This document shows positions 56,001 to 64,000 of a stretch of DNA of 64,000 bases, piece after piece; the first letter of the stretch is position 1, and each line of letters opens with the position of its first letter. Under the pieces are notes generated by a model. It searched no databases. It had not been told where the DNA came from and worked only from the letters and a program-made list of their open reading frames with translations. The DNA comes from an uncultured Gemmatimonadales bacterium (GTDB taxonomy: Bacteria; Gemmatimonadota; Gemmatimonadetes; Longimicrobiales; RSA9): contig OY970192.1 of NCBI GenBank assembly GCA_963708135.1, positions 576,001 to 640,000 of the forward strand. The letters run 5' to 3'. The translations under genes and the position numbers were made by a program.

Positions 56001-57011
56001 AGGGTAAGGTGCACCAGTGAGCACGATGCCCGCCGTGCCGCACCACAGCGTCCAGGCGGTGACCGGGATCGGGCCGTAGCGCTCCACGAGGTCGCGCGCC
56101 CCGACCGTGTAGAGCGACCAGGAAGTCGATGCGCCCAGCATGATCGCCTCGCCGGCCGCCGAGGAGCCGCCCGCCTGCGCACCCGGGCCGCCCAGCACGA
56201 CGAGCGCCATCCCCGCCACCGTCGCCACCACCCCCACCCACGTGGCGGCACCCACGCGCTCGTGCCCGACGGCCGCCGAGAGCAAGGCCGTCAGGACCGG
56301 CGAACCGGCCAGCAGCAGGCTCGCGATCCCCGCCCGCGTCATTGCCAGCCCCGAGATGAACAGGATCTGGTAGAGCACGTTTCCCACCAGCCCCAGGACG
56401 AGCACCCGCGGCACGTCCGCTCGAGCCGGCAGCGGCACCGGGCCGCGTGCCCGCAAGACGGCGTAGACCACGAGCGAGGCCAGGGGGAAGCGGAGCGCGT
56501 TGAAGCCGAGCGGCGGAAGGACCGCGAGCGCATCCTTCGCGACGGAGAAGTTCACGGCCCAGATGACGACCATCACGAGCAGGCCGCGGCCCGGGTTCCA
56601 CGGCGCGGGCGCGTGGCCGGTGGTCCCTGCCGGGCCCCGCGCGGAGCCGCGCACGGCGGGGAGAGGCCTCACCGGTACGCGACCGCGGCGAGGACGTTCG
56701 CCAGCGCTGGAGGCGGGTGGGTGGACCCGTGGACGAGACAGACGAGGCTCACGAGGTCTCCGGTGCACACACGGTCGGACAGGGCCGGCGGCCACGAGGG
56801 CCGCCTGCCGGCAAGATCCGCGGCCTTGCCGGACCCCGCAAGCGCGCGCGCCGTGCCACGTGGAGCGGCGGCGAGTCTCTGCACGAAGGCACTCGGAGCT
56901 GAGCCCTGGCCGGCCAACCCGCGCCGCGGAGCACTGCTTGCGGCGCCCGCTCGCGCGGGCCAACTTCAGCCGCTGGACGGCCGTGGAGGCACGCTCGCGA
57001 AGGAGGGCGCA

Positions 57012-57287
57012 TTGGTTGCCGCAGTGGTGCTGATCCGGGTCGCGCGCGAGCACATACCGCAGGCAGCGCGCGAGGTGGCCGGGATCGAGGGGGTGTCGGA
57101 GGTCTACTCGGTCTCCGGTGACTGGGACCTCGTCGCCATCCTGCGCGTCCCGGAGTGGGAGCAGATCGCGCAGGTGGTGACGGAGCGGCTCGCGGCGATC
57201 GGCGGCATCGAGTCGACCAACACGCTCGTGGCGTTCCGGGTCTACTCGAAGCAGGACCTGGAGGGCGCGTTCGACATGTTCGAGTAG
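57012..57287 (+). CDS. Lrp/AsnC ligand-binding (RAM) domain protein
   Basis: TTG start after AGGAGG; IEGVSEVYSVSGDWDLVAILRV, GIESTNTLVAF. Confidence 0.85.
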   Translation: MVAAVVLIRVAREHIPQAAREVAGIEGVSEVYSVSGDWDLVAILRVPEWEQIAQVVTERLAAIGGIESTNTLVAFRVYSKQDLEGAFDMFE

Positions 57288-57295
57288 GCGGGCCT

Positions 57296-58048
57296 CTACT
57301 CGCGCACTTCGTTGGGTGGGCGGGTGGCAGCCTCCGGCGCCGGCGGCTCCTCTGCGGTGGGCCGGGCAGGGGCGTGGCGCTCCGGCGCGGCGTAGCGGTG
57401 GCGCTGGTACATGTCGCGCGCGATCTCGCCGGCGATGCCCTGGGCACCAAGGCCGAAGGCGATGCCGGCGGCCAGCGCGCCGGCGCCGACCACCGCGATG
57501 AAGAAGACGAGCACGATATCCTGCGCGATGTCGAGCTGCTCCAGCGCCATGAAGGCGGCCAGCAGGATGACGGCCGCCTTCGCCGCGCGCGCCAGGGTCG
57601 GGCCGCCCGAAACCCCGCCGGCGGAGGCGAGCACGAGGTCCTTGACGAACTCGCCGAGCAGGATGCCGAGGACGAGCACTGCCACGGCGGCCATGACGTG
57701 AGGGATGTAGGCGAGCAGCTCCGCGAAGAGCGAGCTTACCGCGTCCACGCCGAGCGCGTTCGCCGCCAGCAGGATCACGAGCAGCATGAGGGTCCAGAAG
57801 ACCAGCTTGGCCAGGACCGTCGATGGGTCCAGCGAGGTGCCGGCGCGCTCCAGCGCCTCGATGACGCCGCCATCGCGCATCCAGCGATCGAAGCCAACGC
57901 GGTGCAGCGCGATGTCGGTCCCTCGCTCCACCATCTTGGCGATCGCGTAGCCCGCGAGCAGGAGCCCGAGCGCGGCGGCGAGGTGGGGCAGGAACTCGAC
58001 GATCTGGACGATTCCGTCCTGGAGTCGCTGGCTCAGGGCTTCCTGCAT
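57296..58048 (-). CDS. TM_helix / small mechanosensitive-channel-related membrane protein (CmpX-like)
   Basis: FLPHLAAAL, YIPHVMAAVAVL, MALEQLDIA, GIAFGLG. Confidence 0.75.
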   Translation of the reverse strand: MQEALSQRLQDGIVQIVEFLPHLAAALGLLLAGYAIAKMVERGTDIALHRVGFDRWMRDGGVIEALERAGTSLDPSTVLAKLVFWTLMLLVILLAANALGVDAVSSLFAELLAYIPHVMAAVAVLVLGILLGEFVKDLVLASAGGVSGGPTLARAAKAAVILLAAFMALEQLDIAQDIVLVFFIAVVGAGALAAGIAFGLGAQGIAGEIARDMYQRHRYAAPERHAPARPTAEEPPAPEAATRPPNEVRE

Positions 58049-58125
58049 CAGGGCGGCCTCCGTCGGGGGTCGAGCGGAACGCTGGGGCCGTGGCCTGGGA
58101 CGCGCAAGGGGCGGGAGGTTGCACG

Positions 58126-58350
58126 ATGCGCCGATTCAGCGATGCGTGGGGGAGGGAGTGGGACGTCGTGGTGGGGAGGGAGTCCTGGGGCACCCTCTAC
58201 GCCCTCTTCGTGCCCGTGGCGGGAACGGAGCCCGTGCGGCAGGTGATGCTCGACTCCGCCGGCTACGAGCAGGCGCAGCTCGAGCTCTCCGACATGGACG
58301 ACGCGGCGCTGGCGGAGCTGTTCCGCCGGACCGGTCCAAAGCAATCCTGA
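58126..58350 (+). CDS. small hypothetical protein
   Basis: GGGAGG RBS; MRRFSDAWGREWDVVVGRESWG. Confidence 0.6.
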   Translation: MRRFSDAWGREWDVVVGRESWGTLYALFVPVAGTEPVRQVMLDSAGYEQAQLELSDMDDAALAELFRRTGPKQS

Positions 58351-58362
58351 GATGAGCCGACC

Positions 58363-58662
58363 ATGAGAACCTTCGAGGATGAGACGGGACGCGCCTGGAT
58401 CGCCACCGCGGAGGAGGAGGACACGCCGCGACACCACGGCCGCTGGTACCTCGTGTTCCGCCCGGCCGACGCGGAGAAGCCCCGGCTCGCCATGCCGGAG
58501 GTCCGCTGGAAGAACCTCCAGACGGCGGAGCGTACCATCGCGACCATGGGGACGGTCGAGCTGCGCCGGCGGCTGCGCACCCTGATGCGGCGGACCGGGA
58601 TCCCCGAGGCGACGGTGCTCGCGCCCGCGCCCGACCGTGGCCGCGACGCGAACGCCGGGTGA
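58363..58662 (+). CDS. small hypothetical protein (N-terminus similar to the upstream ORF)
   Basis: MRTFEDETGRAWIA..GRWYLVF..TMGTVELRRRLR. Confidence 0.6.
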   Translation: MRTFEDETGRAWIATAEEEDTPRHHGRWYLVFRPADAEKPRLAMPEVRWKNLQTAERTIATMGTVELRRRLRTLMRRTGIPEATVLAPAPDRGRDANAG

Positions 58663-59021
58663 GGTTCGGAACGGCCTGCGGGAACACACCTTGCACCGTT
58701 CCGGGCCGGACCCCGACCGACAGGAGCAGGCCCGTGTATCCCAGACGCGTCACCCGCACGTGGAGGGCGTTCCCGAGCGCGGCCCGGCGCCGCATCGAGG
58801 AGGACCTCGACTGCGGCCACAGACCCTGCTGTCCGCGCTGCGGCACCCCGCTCGCCGCGCAGCCCGGCACCCGCCTCGCCGCGGTGCTGCCCGCCGGTGC
58901 GCGCGGCCACGACCTCGAGTGCCGTGGCTGCCGCCGCTTCCATGCCCGCGTGCTCCATACGCCACGATCCCTGTACGTCCAGCGCATCCGCCGGCTCGCG
59001 GCCGCCGTGCTGCGCGCCTGA
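58659..59021 (+). CDS. hypothetical Zn-ribbon protein
   Basis: GTGA overlap; CCPRCG and ECRGCRR pairs. Confidence 0.45.
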   Translation: MRFGTACGNTPCTVPGRTPTDRSRPVYPRRVTRTWRAFPSAARRRIEEDLDCGHRPCCPRCGTPLAAQPGTRLAAVLPAGARGHDLECRGCRRFHARVLHTPRSLYVQRIRRLAAAVLRA

Positions 59022-59040
59022 CGCCCAGGCCCGAGCGCGC

Positions 59041-60216
59041 ATGAGCCGCTACGACGTCGCTGCGCTGCGCGCCACGGAATACCCGCGGGCGGCCGAGGCC
59101 ACGTACATGAACGCCGCGGGGGTCGGCCCGATCCCCGCCCGGGCGCGGCGCCGCATGGAGGAGCTGGCCGAGGTGCGCTCGGCGCCGCACCTGCTGCGCG
59201 ACGGCGAGATCCCGGAGGGGCTCGCCGCGGCCCGGGCCGCCCTCGGCCGCCTCGTCGGCGGCGAGCCGGCCGAGATCGCGCTCACGCCCAACACCAACGT
59301 CGGCATCGCCATCGGCACGCAGCTGCTGCTCGGCCGCGCGCTGAATGGTCGCGAAAGCCGGCGCCGGATCGTCCTGAGCGAGGGAGAGTTTCCGGCCAAC
59401 GTCTACCCCTGGCTCTCCCTCGAGCGGCACGGCTTCGCGGTGGAGCGGGTGCCGACCGACGCCCTCGGCCGTCCCGACGAGGACCGGCTGCTGGAGGCGC
59501 TGGACCGCCCTGATGTCGCCGCGTTCGCTCTCTCCGCCGTCCAGTTCTCGACCGGCTGGGGCGCGGACCTCGCTCGCTTCGGAGAAGTCTGTGGCCGGCG
59601 CGAGATCCTCTACGTGGTGGATGCGATCCAGGCGCTCGGCGCCGCGCCGCTCGAGCCGCGCCCGGCTGGCATCGACCTGCTGGCCGCCGGCGGCCAGAAG
59701 TGGCTGTGCGGCCCCTGGGGCAGCGGCTTCGCCTGGGTCCGTCCCGAGCTGCTCCGGGAGGAGCCGCTTATCGCCGGCTGGCTCTCCTTCACGTCCTCCG
59801 CCGACTTCTCGCGGCTCACGGACTATCGGTGGGAGCTGCTCCCCGACGCCCGCCGCTTCGAGATGGGCACGATCCCGCTGCAGGCGTTCCTCGGCCTGAC
59901 GAGGGCCGTAGAGCTCATCCTCGAGCTCGGCCTCGAGGCCATCCGCGACCACATCCGCGACGTCCAGGCTCCGCTGCTCGAGTGGATCGATGGCCGCGAC
60001 GACATTACCGTCGTCTCGCCCCGCGACGAGCCGCACCGCAGCGCCATCGCGTGTCTCCGCCCGCCGGACGCGCCCAGGGTGCACGGCGCGCTCACCGCGG
60101 CCGGCGTCGTCTGTGCGCTGCGCGAGGGCGCGATCCGCCTCGCGCCGCACTTCTACAACACGCCGGAGGAGATGGCGCGGGTGGTCGACGTGCTGGACGG
60201 CGCGGTGGCGGGATGA
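59041..60216 (+). CDS. aminotransferase class V-fold PLP enzyme (cysteine desulfurase/kynureninase-like)
   Basis: YMNAAGVGP, EFPANVYPW, VVDAIQALG, GGQKWLCGPWG (PLP Lys), RRFEMGT, IRLAPHFYNT. Confidence 0.88.
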   Translation: MSRYDVAALRATEYPRAAEATYMNAAGVGPIPARARRRMEELAEVRSAPHLLRDGEIPEGLAAARAALGRLVGGEPAEIALTPNTNVGIAIGTQLLLGRALNGRESRRRIVLSEGEFPANVYPWLSLERHGFAVERVPTDALGRPDEDRLLEALDRPDVAAFALSAVQFSTGWGADLARFGEVCGRREILYVVDAIQALGAAPLEPRPAGIDLLAAGGQKWLCGPWGSGFAWVRPELLREEPLIAGWLSFTSSADFSRLTDYRWELLPDARRFEMGTIPLQAFLGLTRAVELILELGLEAIRDHIRDVQAPLLEWIDGRDDITVVSPRDEPHRSAIACLRPPDAPRVHGALTAAGVVCALREGAIRLAPHFYNTPEEMARVVDVLDGAVAG

Positions 60217-61259
60217 ACGCGGTCGAGGCGCTGGTCGAGCAGGTGCGGCGCGAGTTCGCGCCCGAGCCGCGCATCGCCATCTTCGAGGTGCGCGTGGATG
60301 CGCGCGAGGATGGCGTGGCGCTCACCGGCGTCACCACGGAGCCGGCCGCCGCGCGCGCCCTGCTCGAACGCGTGGCCCGGCTCCAGGCCGGCCGCCTGCT
60401 CGACGAGATCGTGCGGCTCCCGGATCCCTCCCTCGGCGAGGCCTGCTGGGGCCTCGTGCGCGCGGCGATCGCCCCCGTTCACGTCGCGCCCAGCATCCGC
60501 GCGACCCAGACCTCGCAGTACGTGATGGGCGCCCGCGTCGAGCTCCTGGCCCGCAGCGGTCCCTGGCTGCGCGTCCGCGGCGAGGACGGCTACATCGGCT
60601 GGGTCAACCAGGGCTACCTCCGGACGGGGGCGCGCAATGCGATCGACGCCCTCCTGGCCGCCGACGGCGGCACGCCCGTGGTCTCTCTCGGCGCCCGCCT
60701 CGAGGATGCGGCCGGCCGTCCGCTCTCTCCCTTCCCCTGGGGCGCGCGGGCGATCCGGATGCCCGACGGCCGGCTTCGCCTGCCGGACGGCCGGCAGGCC
60801 CGCCTCGGCGACGGGCGCGTGGCGCCGGCCGCCTCGCTCCTGGAGCGGTTCCCCGCCCGCGGCCCGGCCATCGTCGAGAGCGCCCGACTCTGGCTGGGGG
60901 CGCCCTACGTCTGGGGCGGCGGCACCCACCTGGGCGTGGACTGCTCGGGCTTCGTCCAGGCCATCTACGCGCTCCACGGCGTGCGGCTGCCGCGCGACTC
61001 GGAGCTGCAGGCCCGCACCGGCGCGGAGGCGGAGACCGGCGAGATTTTCGCCGCCGTGCGCGCCGGCGACCTGCTCTTCTTCACCGAGGTGCCCGGCCAC
61101 ATCACCCATGTCGCCCTCTCGATGGGCGGCCCCCGCATCATCCACTCGTCGCTCTCCAACGGCGGTGTCGCCATGAACGACCTCGGCGGCGAGCACGGGC
61201 CGGAGCCCGCCCTCCGCGAGATGTTCGTGGTGGCCAGGAGGGTCCTGCGGGAGGACTGA
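60213..61259 (+). CDS. SH3b + NlpC/P60 peptidase (YkfC-like gamma-D-glutamyl peptidase)
   Basis: WLRVRGEDGYIGWV (SH3b), GAPYVWGG, GVDCSGFVQ (catalytic Cys), LPRDS, ITHVAL, IIHSS. Confidence 0.88.
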   Translation: MNAVEALVEQVRREFAPEPRIAIFEVRVDAREDGVALTGVTTEPAAARALLERVARLQAGRLLDEIVRLPDPSLGEACWGLVRAAIAPVHVAPSIRATQTSQYVMGARVELLARSGPWLRVRGEDGYIGWVNQGYLRTGARNAIDALLAADGGTPVVSLGARLEDAAGRPLSPFPWGARAIRMPDGRLRLPDGRQARLGDGRVAPAASLLERFPARGPAIVESARLWLGAPYVWGGGTHLGVDCSGFVQAIYALHGVRLPRDSELQARTGAEAETGEIFAAVRAGDLLFFTEVPGHITHVALSMGGPRIIHSSLSNGGVAMNDLGGEHGPEPALREMFVVARRVLRED

Positions 61260-61271
61260 GGGGGCTGCGCC

Positions 61272-63434
61272 TCAGGGGATCCGGATCCGCTTCCCGGGCA
61301 GCAACCGCCGCGGGCTCAGGCCCGGATTCGCCTTCTCGAGCGCGCTCACGGTGGTGTGGAACCGGTCCGCGATCCCGCTCAGCGTATCGCCCTTCCGGAT
61401 GGTGTAGCGCCGGGCCCCGGCGCTCGGCGCCGCAGGCGACGGGGCCGCCGCGGTCCCGCTCGCGCTCGCCGCCTCCTCGCCCACGCCCGGGAGCTGCAGC
61501 ACCTTGCCCGGCAGCAGCCGTCTCGGATTCAGGCCCGGATTCGCCTTCTCGAGCGCATCCACCGTGGTGTGATTGGCGTCGGCGATGGAGGTCAGCGTCT
61601 CGCCCGCCTGCACGGTGTCCGTGCGGGGCTCGGCCGGGGCGGTCGCGTTGGGCGTCGGCGGGGCCGGCGCCGGTTGCGCGGTCGTGGATCCGGCCGGCGC
61701 CGGCGCCGCCACGCTCGTCGAGCCTCGCGGCGCCGCGGCGAGAGCGGGAGGAGCCTGCGCGCCGGGGAGCGGCGCCGGCGCCGGGGGGGCGGCCGCGGGC
61801 CCGCTGGGTGGCGAGGCAGGGAAGCGGTCGGCCAGCCGGCCGGCCGACGGCTGGTTCGCCACCTCTCCGGCGGGCCGGCTGAAGGAGGCCAGGCGCGCGC
61901 CGATCGCGTCCTCGATGCGCTTGGCCTTCCACGTGGACGGGTCGCCGTTGCTGATCATGCTGAACACTAGGTGCTCGCCGTCGGCCGCGGTGACGTAGCC
62001 GGAGAGGGCGGAAACGTGGTCGATGGTGCCCGTCTTGGCGTGCAGGTTCCCCCACGCGGGCGTGTGGTACATGCGCCGGAGATGGCGCTCGCCGGCGGCC
62101 GGCATGAAGGAATGCAAGCTGTCGTAGAGAGTGGGGTGCACCGCCACGAGGCTCAGCAGCCGCACGATCGTCCGGCTGTCGGTCCGGTTCAGGGGCGAGA
62201 GCCCGGAGCCGTCGTGCATCTGCAGGACGAACGGCTGCGCTCCGGTCTCGCAGTGCAGCATGTTCTCGATGGCCTGATAGCCGCTCTTCACGGAGCCGTC
62301 CCCCAGGGCCACGCGGCCCACCGTACGCAGCGTCTGCTCGGCGAACATGTTGTGGCTCAGCTTGATGAGCGTGCTCAGGATGTCGCCGAGCGGCGGCGAC
62401 TGGTGCACCGTCAGCACGTGCAGCGGCGGACCCTGGTGGAACGCCGGAGCGAACACCGCCCGTCCGGTGACCGGTGATTCCGCGGCCGTGTGGACCGCGC
62501 GGATCCCGCCCGTCACGGCGATGCCGTGCTCGGCCAGCACCTGCCGGAACACCGCGGCGGTGTAGCGCGCGGGATCCGCTGCCGGAACCACGCGCGTGAG
62601 CGGTCTCGCGCCCCGGCCGATCCGGCCGGCCACGATCACGGGCCCGCCGTAGCCGTCGCGGGCGATGCGCAGGCTGGTGCGGCCGCCCGCGACGGTCGTC
62701 GCCTGGTTCACGATGTCGGCGTCGGGACCGCCCGGCACCGCCTCGACCGTCGGTGGCTCGCCCACCGTGGCGGCCGGCGTGACCCGAACGCTCATGAGGT
62801 TCTCGTTTAGCGAGAGCGCGCTCGCCGGCACCGCGTACGACGCGTTGGCGTAGCTCGTCTCCCATCCCTCGCCGGTGGCCGGCCCCGAGAAGTAGGATGC
62901 ATCGCCCACGACCGCGCCCCGCACCTGCCGGATCCCGAGCGCCGCGAGACTGTCCGCGAACGCGTCCAGCACCGTCGTCTGGCTCGGGTAGTAGCGGCCC
63001 GACATCGTGGGATCACCCGTGCCGTAGAGCACGAGGTCCCCATCCAGCACGCCGTTCTGCACGGTGCCGCTCGAGAGGACGTAGGTCGTGTAGCGGTAAG
63101 AGGATCCGAGGTAGTAGAGCGCAGCGGATACCGTGAACAGCTTCATGTTGGAGGCCGGCGCAAGCGGCTGGTCCGACTGGTGCTCCACCAGCGTGTCCCC
63201 GCGCTCGAGCGAGTAGACGGTCACGCTCCATGTGTCGCCGTGCCATCCCGGACTCGCGATCAGCCGGTCGATGTCCGAACGCAGGTCGAGCGTGGCCGCG
63301 CCCGGGCCGACCGGGCGCGCTGCGCTCGCCACGGCTGCCGCGCGCGCCGGTGGCGGGACGGTGCGGCGCGCCGGAGCCGGCGTCGCGGCCAGGACCAGCC
63401 AGGCCAGGAGGATGCGCAGCGGATTCGAGATCAT
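61272..63434 (-). CDS. dacB: D-alanyl-D-alanine carboxypeptidase/endopeptidase (PBP4, S13) with two C-terminal LysM domains
   Basis: PASNMKLF (SxxK), LSHN (SxN), DGSGLS, AKTGT, ALSGYV; LysM repeats VQAGETLTSIA..ALEKANPGL and IRKGDTLSGIA..ALEKANPGL. Confidence 0.9.
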   Translation of the reverse strand: MISNPLRILLAWLVLAATPAPARRTVPPPARAAAVASAARPVGPGAATLDLRSDIDRLIASPGWHGDTWSVTVYSLERGDTLVEHQSDQPLAPASNMKLFTVSAALYYLGSSYRYTTYVLSSGTVQNGVLDGDLVLYGTGDPTMSGRYYPSQTTVLDAFADSLAALGIRQVRGAVVGDASYFSGPATGEGWETSYANASYAVPASALSLNENLMSVRVTPAATVGEPPTVEAVPGGPDADIVNQATTVAGGRTSLRIARDGYGGPVIVAGRIGRGARPLTRVVPAADPARYTAAVFRQVLAEHGIAVTGGIRAVHTAAESPVTGRAVFAPAFHQGPPLHVLTVHQSPPLGDILSTLIKLSHNMFAEQTLRTVGRVALGDGSVKSGYQAIENMLHCETGAQPFVLQMHDGSGLSPLNRTDSRTIVRLLSLVAVHPTLYDSLHSFMPAAGERHLRRMYHTPAWGNLHAKTGTIDHVSALSGYVTAADGEHLVFSMISNGDPSTWKAKRIEDAIGARLASFSRPAGEVANQPSAGRLADRFPASPPSGPAAAPPAPAPLPGAQAPPALAAAPRGSTSVAAPAPAGSTTAQPAPAPPTPNATAPAEPRTDTVQAGETLTSIADANHTTVDALEKANPGLNPRRLLPGKVLQLPGVGEEAASASGTAAAPSPAAPSAGARRYTIRKGDTLSGIADRFHTTVSALEKANPGLSPRRLLPGKRIRIP

Positions 63435-63609
63435 TGGCTTCGGTCGGGTCCCACGAGTCGATGGCCGGATCTGCAAGCTAACATCACGCCCGCCCCGAAG
63501 TGCAAGAGGAAGGCCATGATCCACCGTTGCGCGCGGCCGCCTTCCACGCCGCCGGATGCGCGTTGCGGCGCGCCTTTCGGCTATCACGCCCCGCCACCAT
63601 ATTCGCCCC

Positions 63610-63987
63610 ATGATCATCGGAGCCGGCACCGACCTGGTCGAGGTGGACCGATTCCGCCGCTTTCTCGAGCGGCGCGGCGCCCGCGCGCTCGAGCGCCTCT
63701 TCACTCCTGCCGAGCGCGCCTACTGCCTGCGTCAGGCGGTTCCCGCGTCCTCGCTGGCCGCCCGCTTCGCCGCCAAGGAGGCCTTCTTCAAGGCGCTCGG
63801 CACCGGCTGCGGCCAGGCCGGCCGCTGGCGCGAGGTCGAGGTCGCGCGCGGCCTCGCGGGGCGCCCCATGCTCCGCCTCCACGGCGCGGCCGAGCGGAGC
63901 GCGCGCGCGGCCGGCGCCCGCGCGCTCCACGTCTCGCTCAGCCACACCCGCGAGCATGCCACGGCGATGGTGGTCCTCGAGAGCTGA
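63610..63987 (+). CDS. acpS: holo-[acyl-carrier-protein] synthase
   Basis: MIIGAGTDLVEVDRF, FTPAERAYC, AARFAAKEAFFKALGTG, HVSLSH. Confidence 0.95.
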   Translation: MIIGAGTDLVEVDRFRRFLERRGARALERLFTPAERAYCLRQAVPASSLAARFAAKEAFFKALGTGCGQAGRWREVEVARGLAGRPMLRLHGAAERSARAAGARALHVSLSHTREHATAMVVLES

Positions 63988-64000
63988 GCGCGCGCCGCAA

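Larger units (their letters stand above)
54485..56021 (-). mobile_element. IS110-family insertion sequence (~1.53 kb; long non-coding left end, short right end, no terminal inverted repeats seen)
   Basis: Both junctions carry minus-strand CTCA (56021-56018 and 54486-54483). The element interrupts the DMT ORF and encodes a DEDD recombinase. Confidence 0.93.
54199..56672 (-). pseudogene. EamA/DMT-family transporter interrupted by IS110
   Basis: 5' part VIWAVNFSVAKDAL..WTLWCGTAGIVL (ends ~56018) and 3' part MGLPALRGV..LAYLLWYRGVSRLG..YSNLVPV (from ~54486). Removing the IS rejoins them in frame as GGC ATC GTG CTC ATG GGC. Start position is approximate. Confidence 0.9.

Noticed and set aside
51761..56020. 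1419-aa plus-strand ORF
   Set aside because: Shadow frame antisense to the MFS, DMT and IS110 genes; Arg/Pro/Gly-rich with no motifs; expected at this GC content.
54483..56021. CTCA as a classical DDE target-site duplication
   Set aside because: The enzyme is DEDD/IS110 type with no terminal inverted repeats; the repeat is better explained as core homology shared by donor and target.
56669..56917. 82-aa minus-strand ORF overlapping the DMT start, and a TGGCACG motif near 56850
   Set aside because: No recognisable motif or RBS, and the -12 box lacks TTGC; insufficient support.

Overview
A very GC-rich bacterial chromosomal segment. The SusC/SusD pair with a carboxypeptidase-regulatory-like N-terminus, a stand-alone TonB-plug lipoprotein and short 'MRxFxDxxGRxW' proteins suggest Gemmatimonadota; this is inference only. 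From left to right it carries: (1) a peptidoglycan/amino-sugar scavenging locus (NamZ, two GH3 NagZ-like enzymes with one fused to a serine-hydrolase domain, two Na+/solute symporters, NagB-PIG-L, a BadF/MurK-type kinase); (2) tyrS, susC/susD, cupin, folK and an HExxH lipoprotein; (3) a coupled operon of two Ddl-like ATP-grasp ligases, a GNAT and a lysine 2,3-aminomutase; (4) aroB, an acyl-CoA ligase, a NYN-LOTUS-LOTUS-HhH protein and mpg; (5) etfBA, a PHM-like copper protein and ETF-QO; (6) a Mo/W-cofactor cluster (moeA, mobA, fdhD, tupABC with tauE/DUF1634 inside it); (7) envelope and NAD-salvage genes; (8) an IS110 element inserted in an EamA transporter gene; (9) small conserved ORFs, an aminotransferase V, an SH3-NlpC/P60 protein, dacB-LysM2 and acpS. 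The highlight is the IS110 element. Its ~260-bp non-coding left end folds into two internal loops whose sequences match the element's own circle junction and, partly, its insertion site. This reads as a bridge-RNA-guided recombinase with a promoter reconstituted on circularisation. Three single-base anomalies (5948, 19739, 45921) may be assembly errors or real changes. No tRNA, rRNA or CRISPR array was seen.
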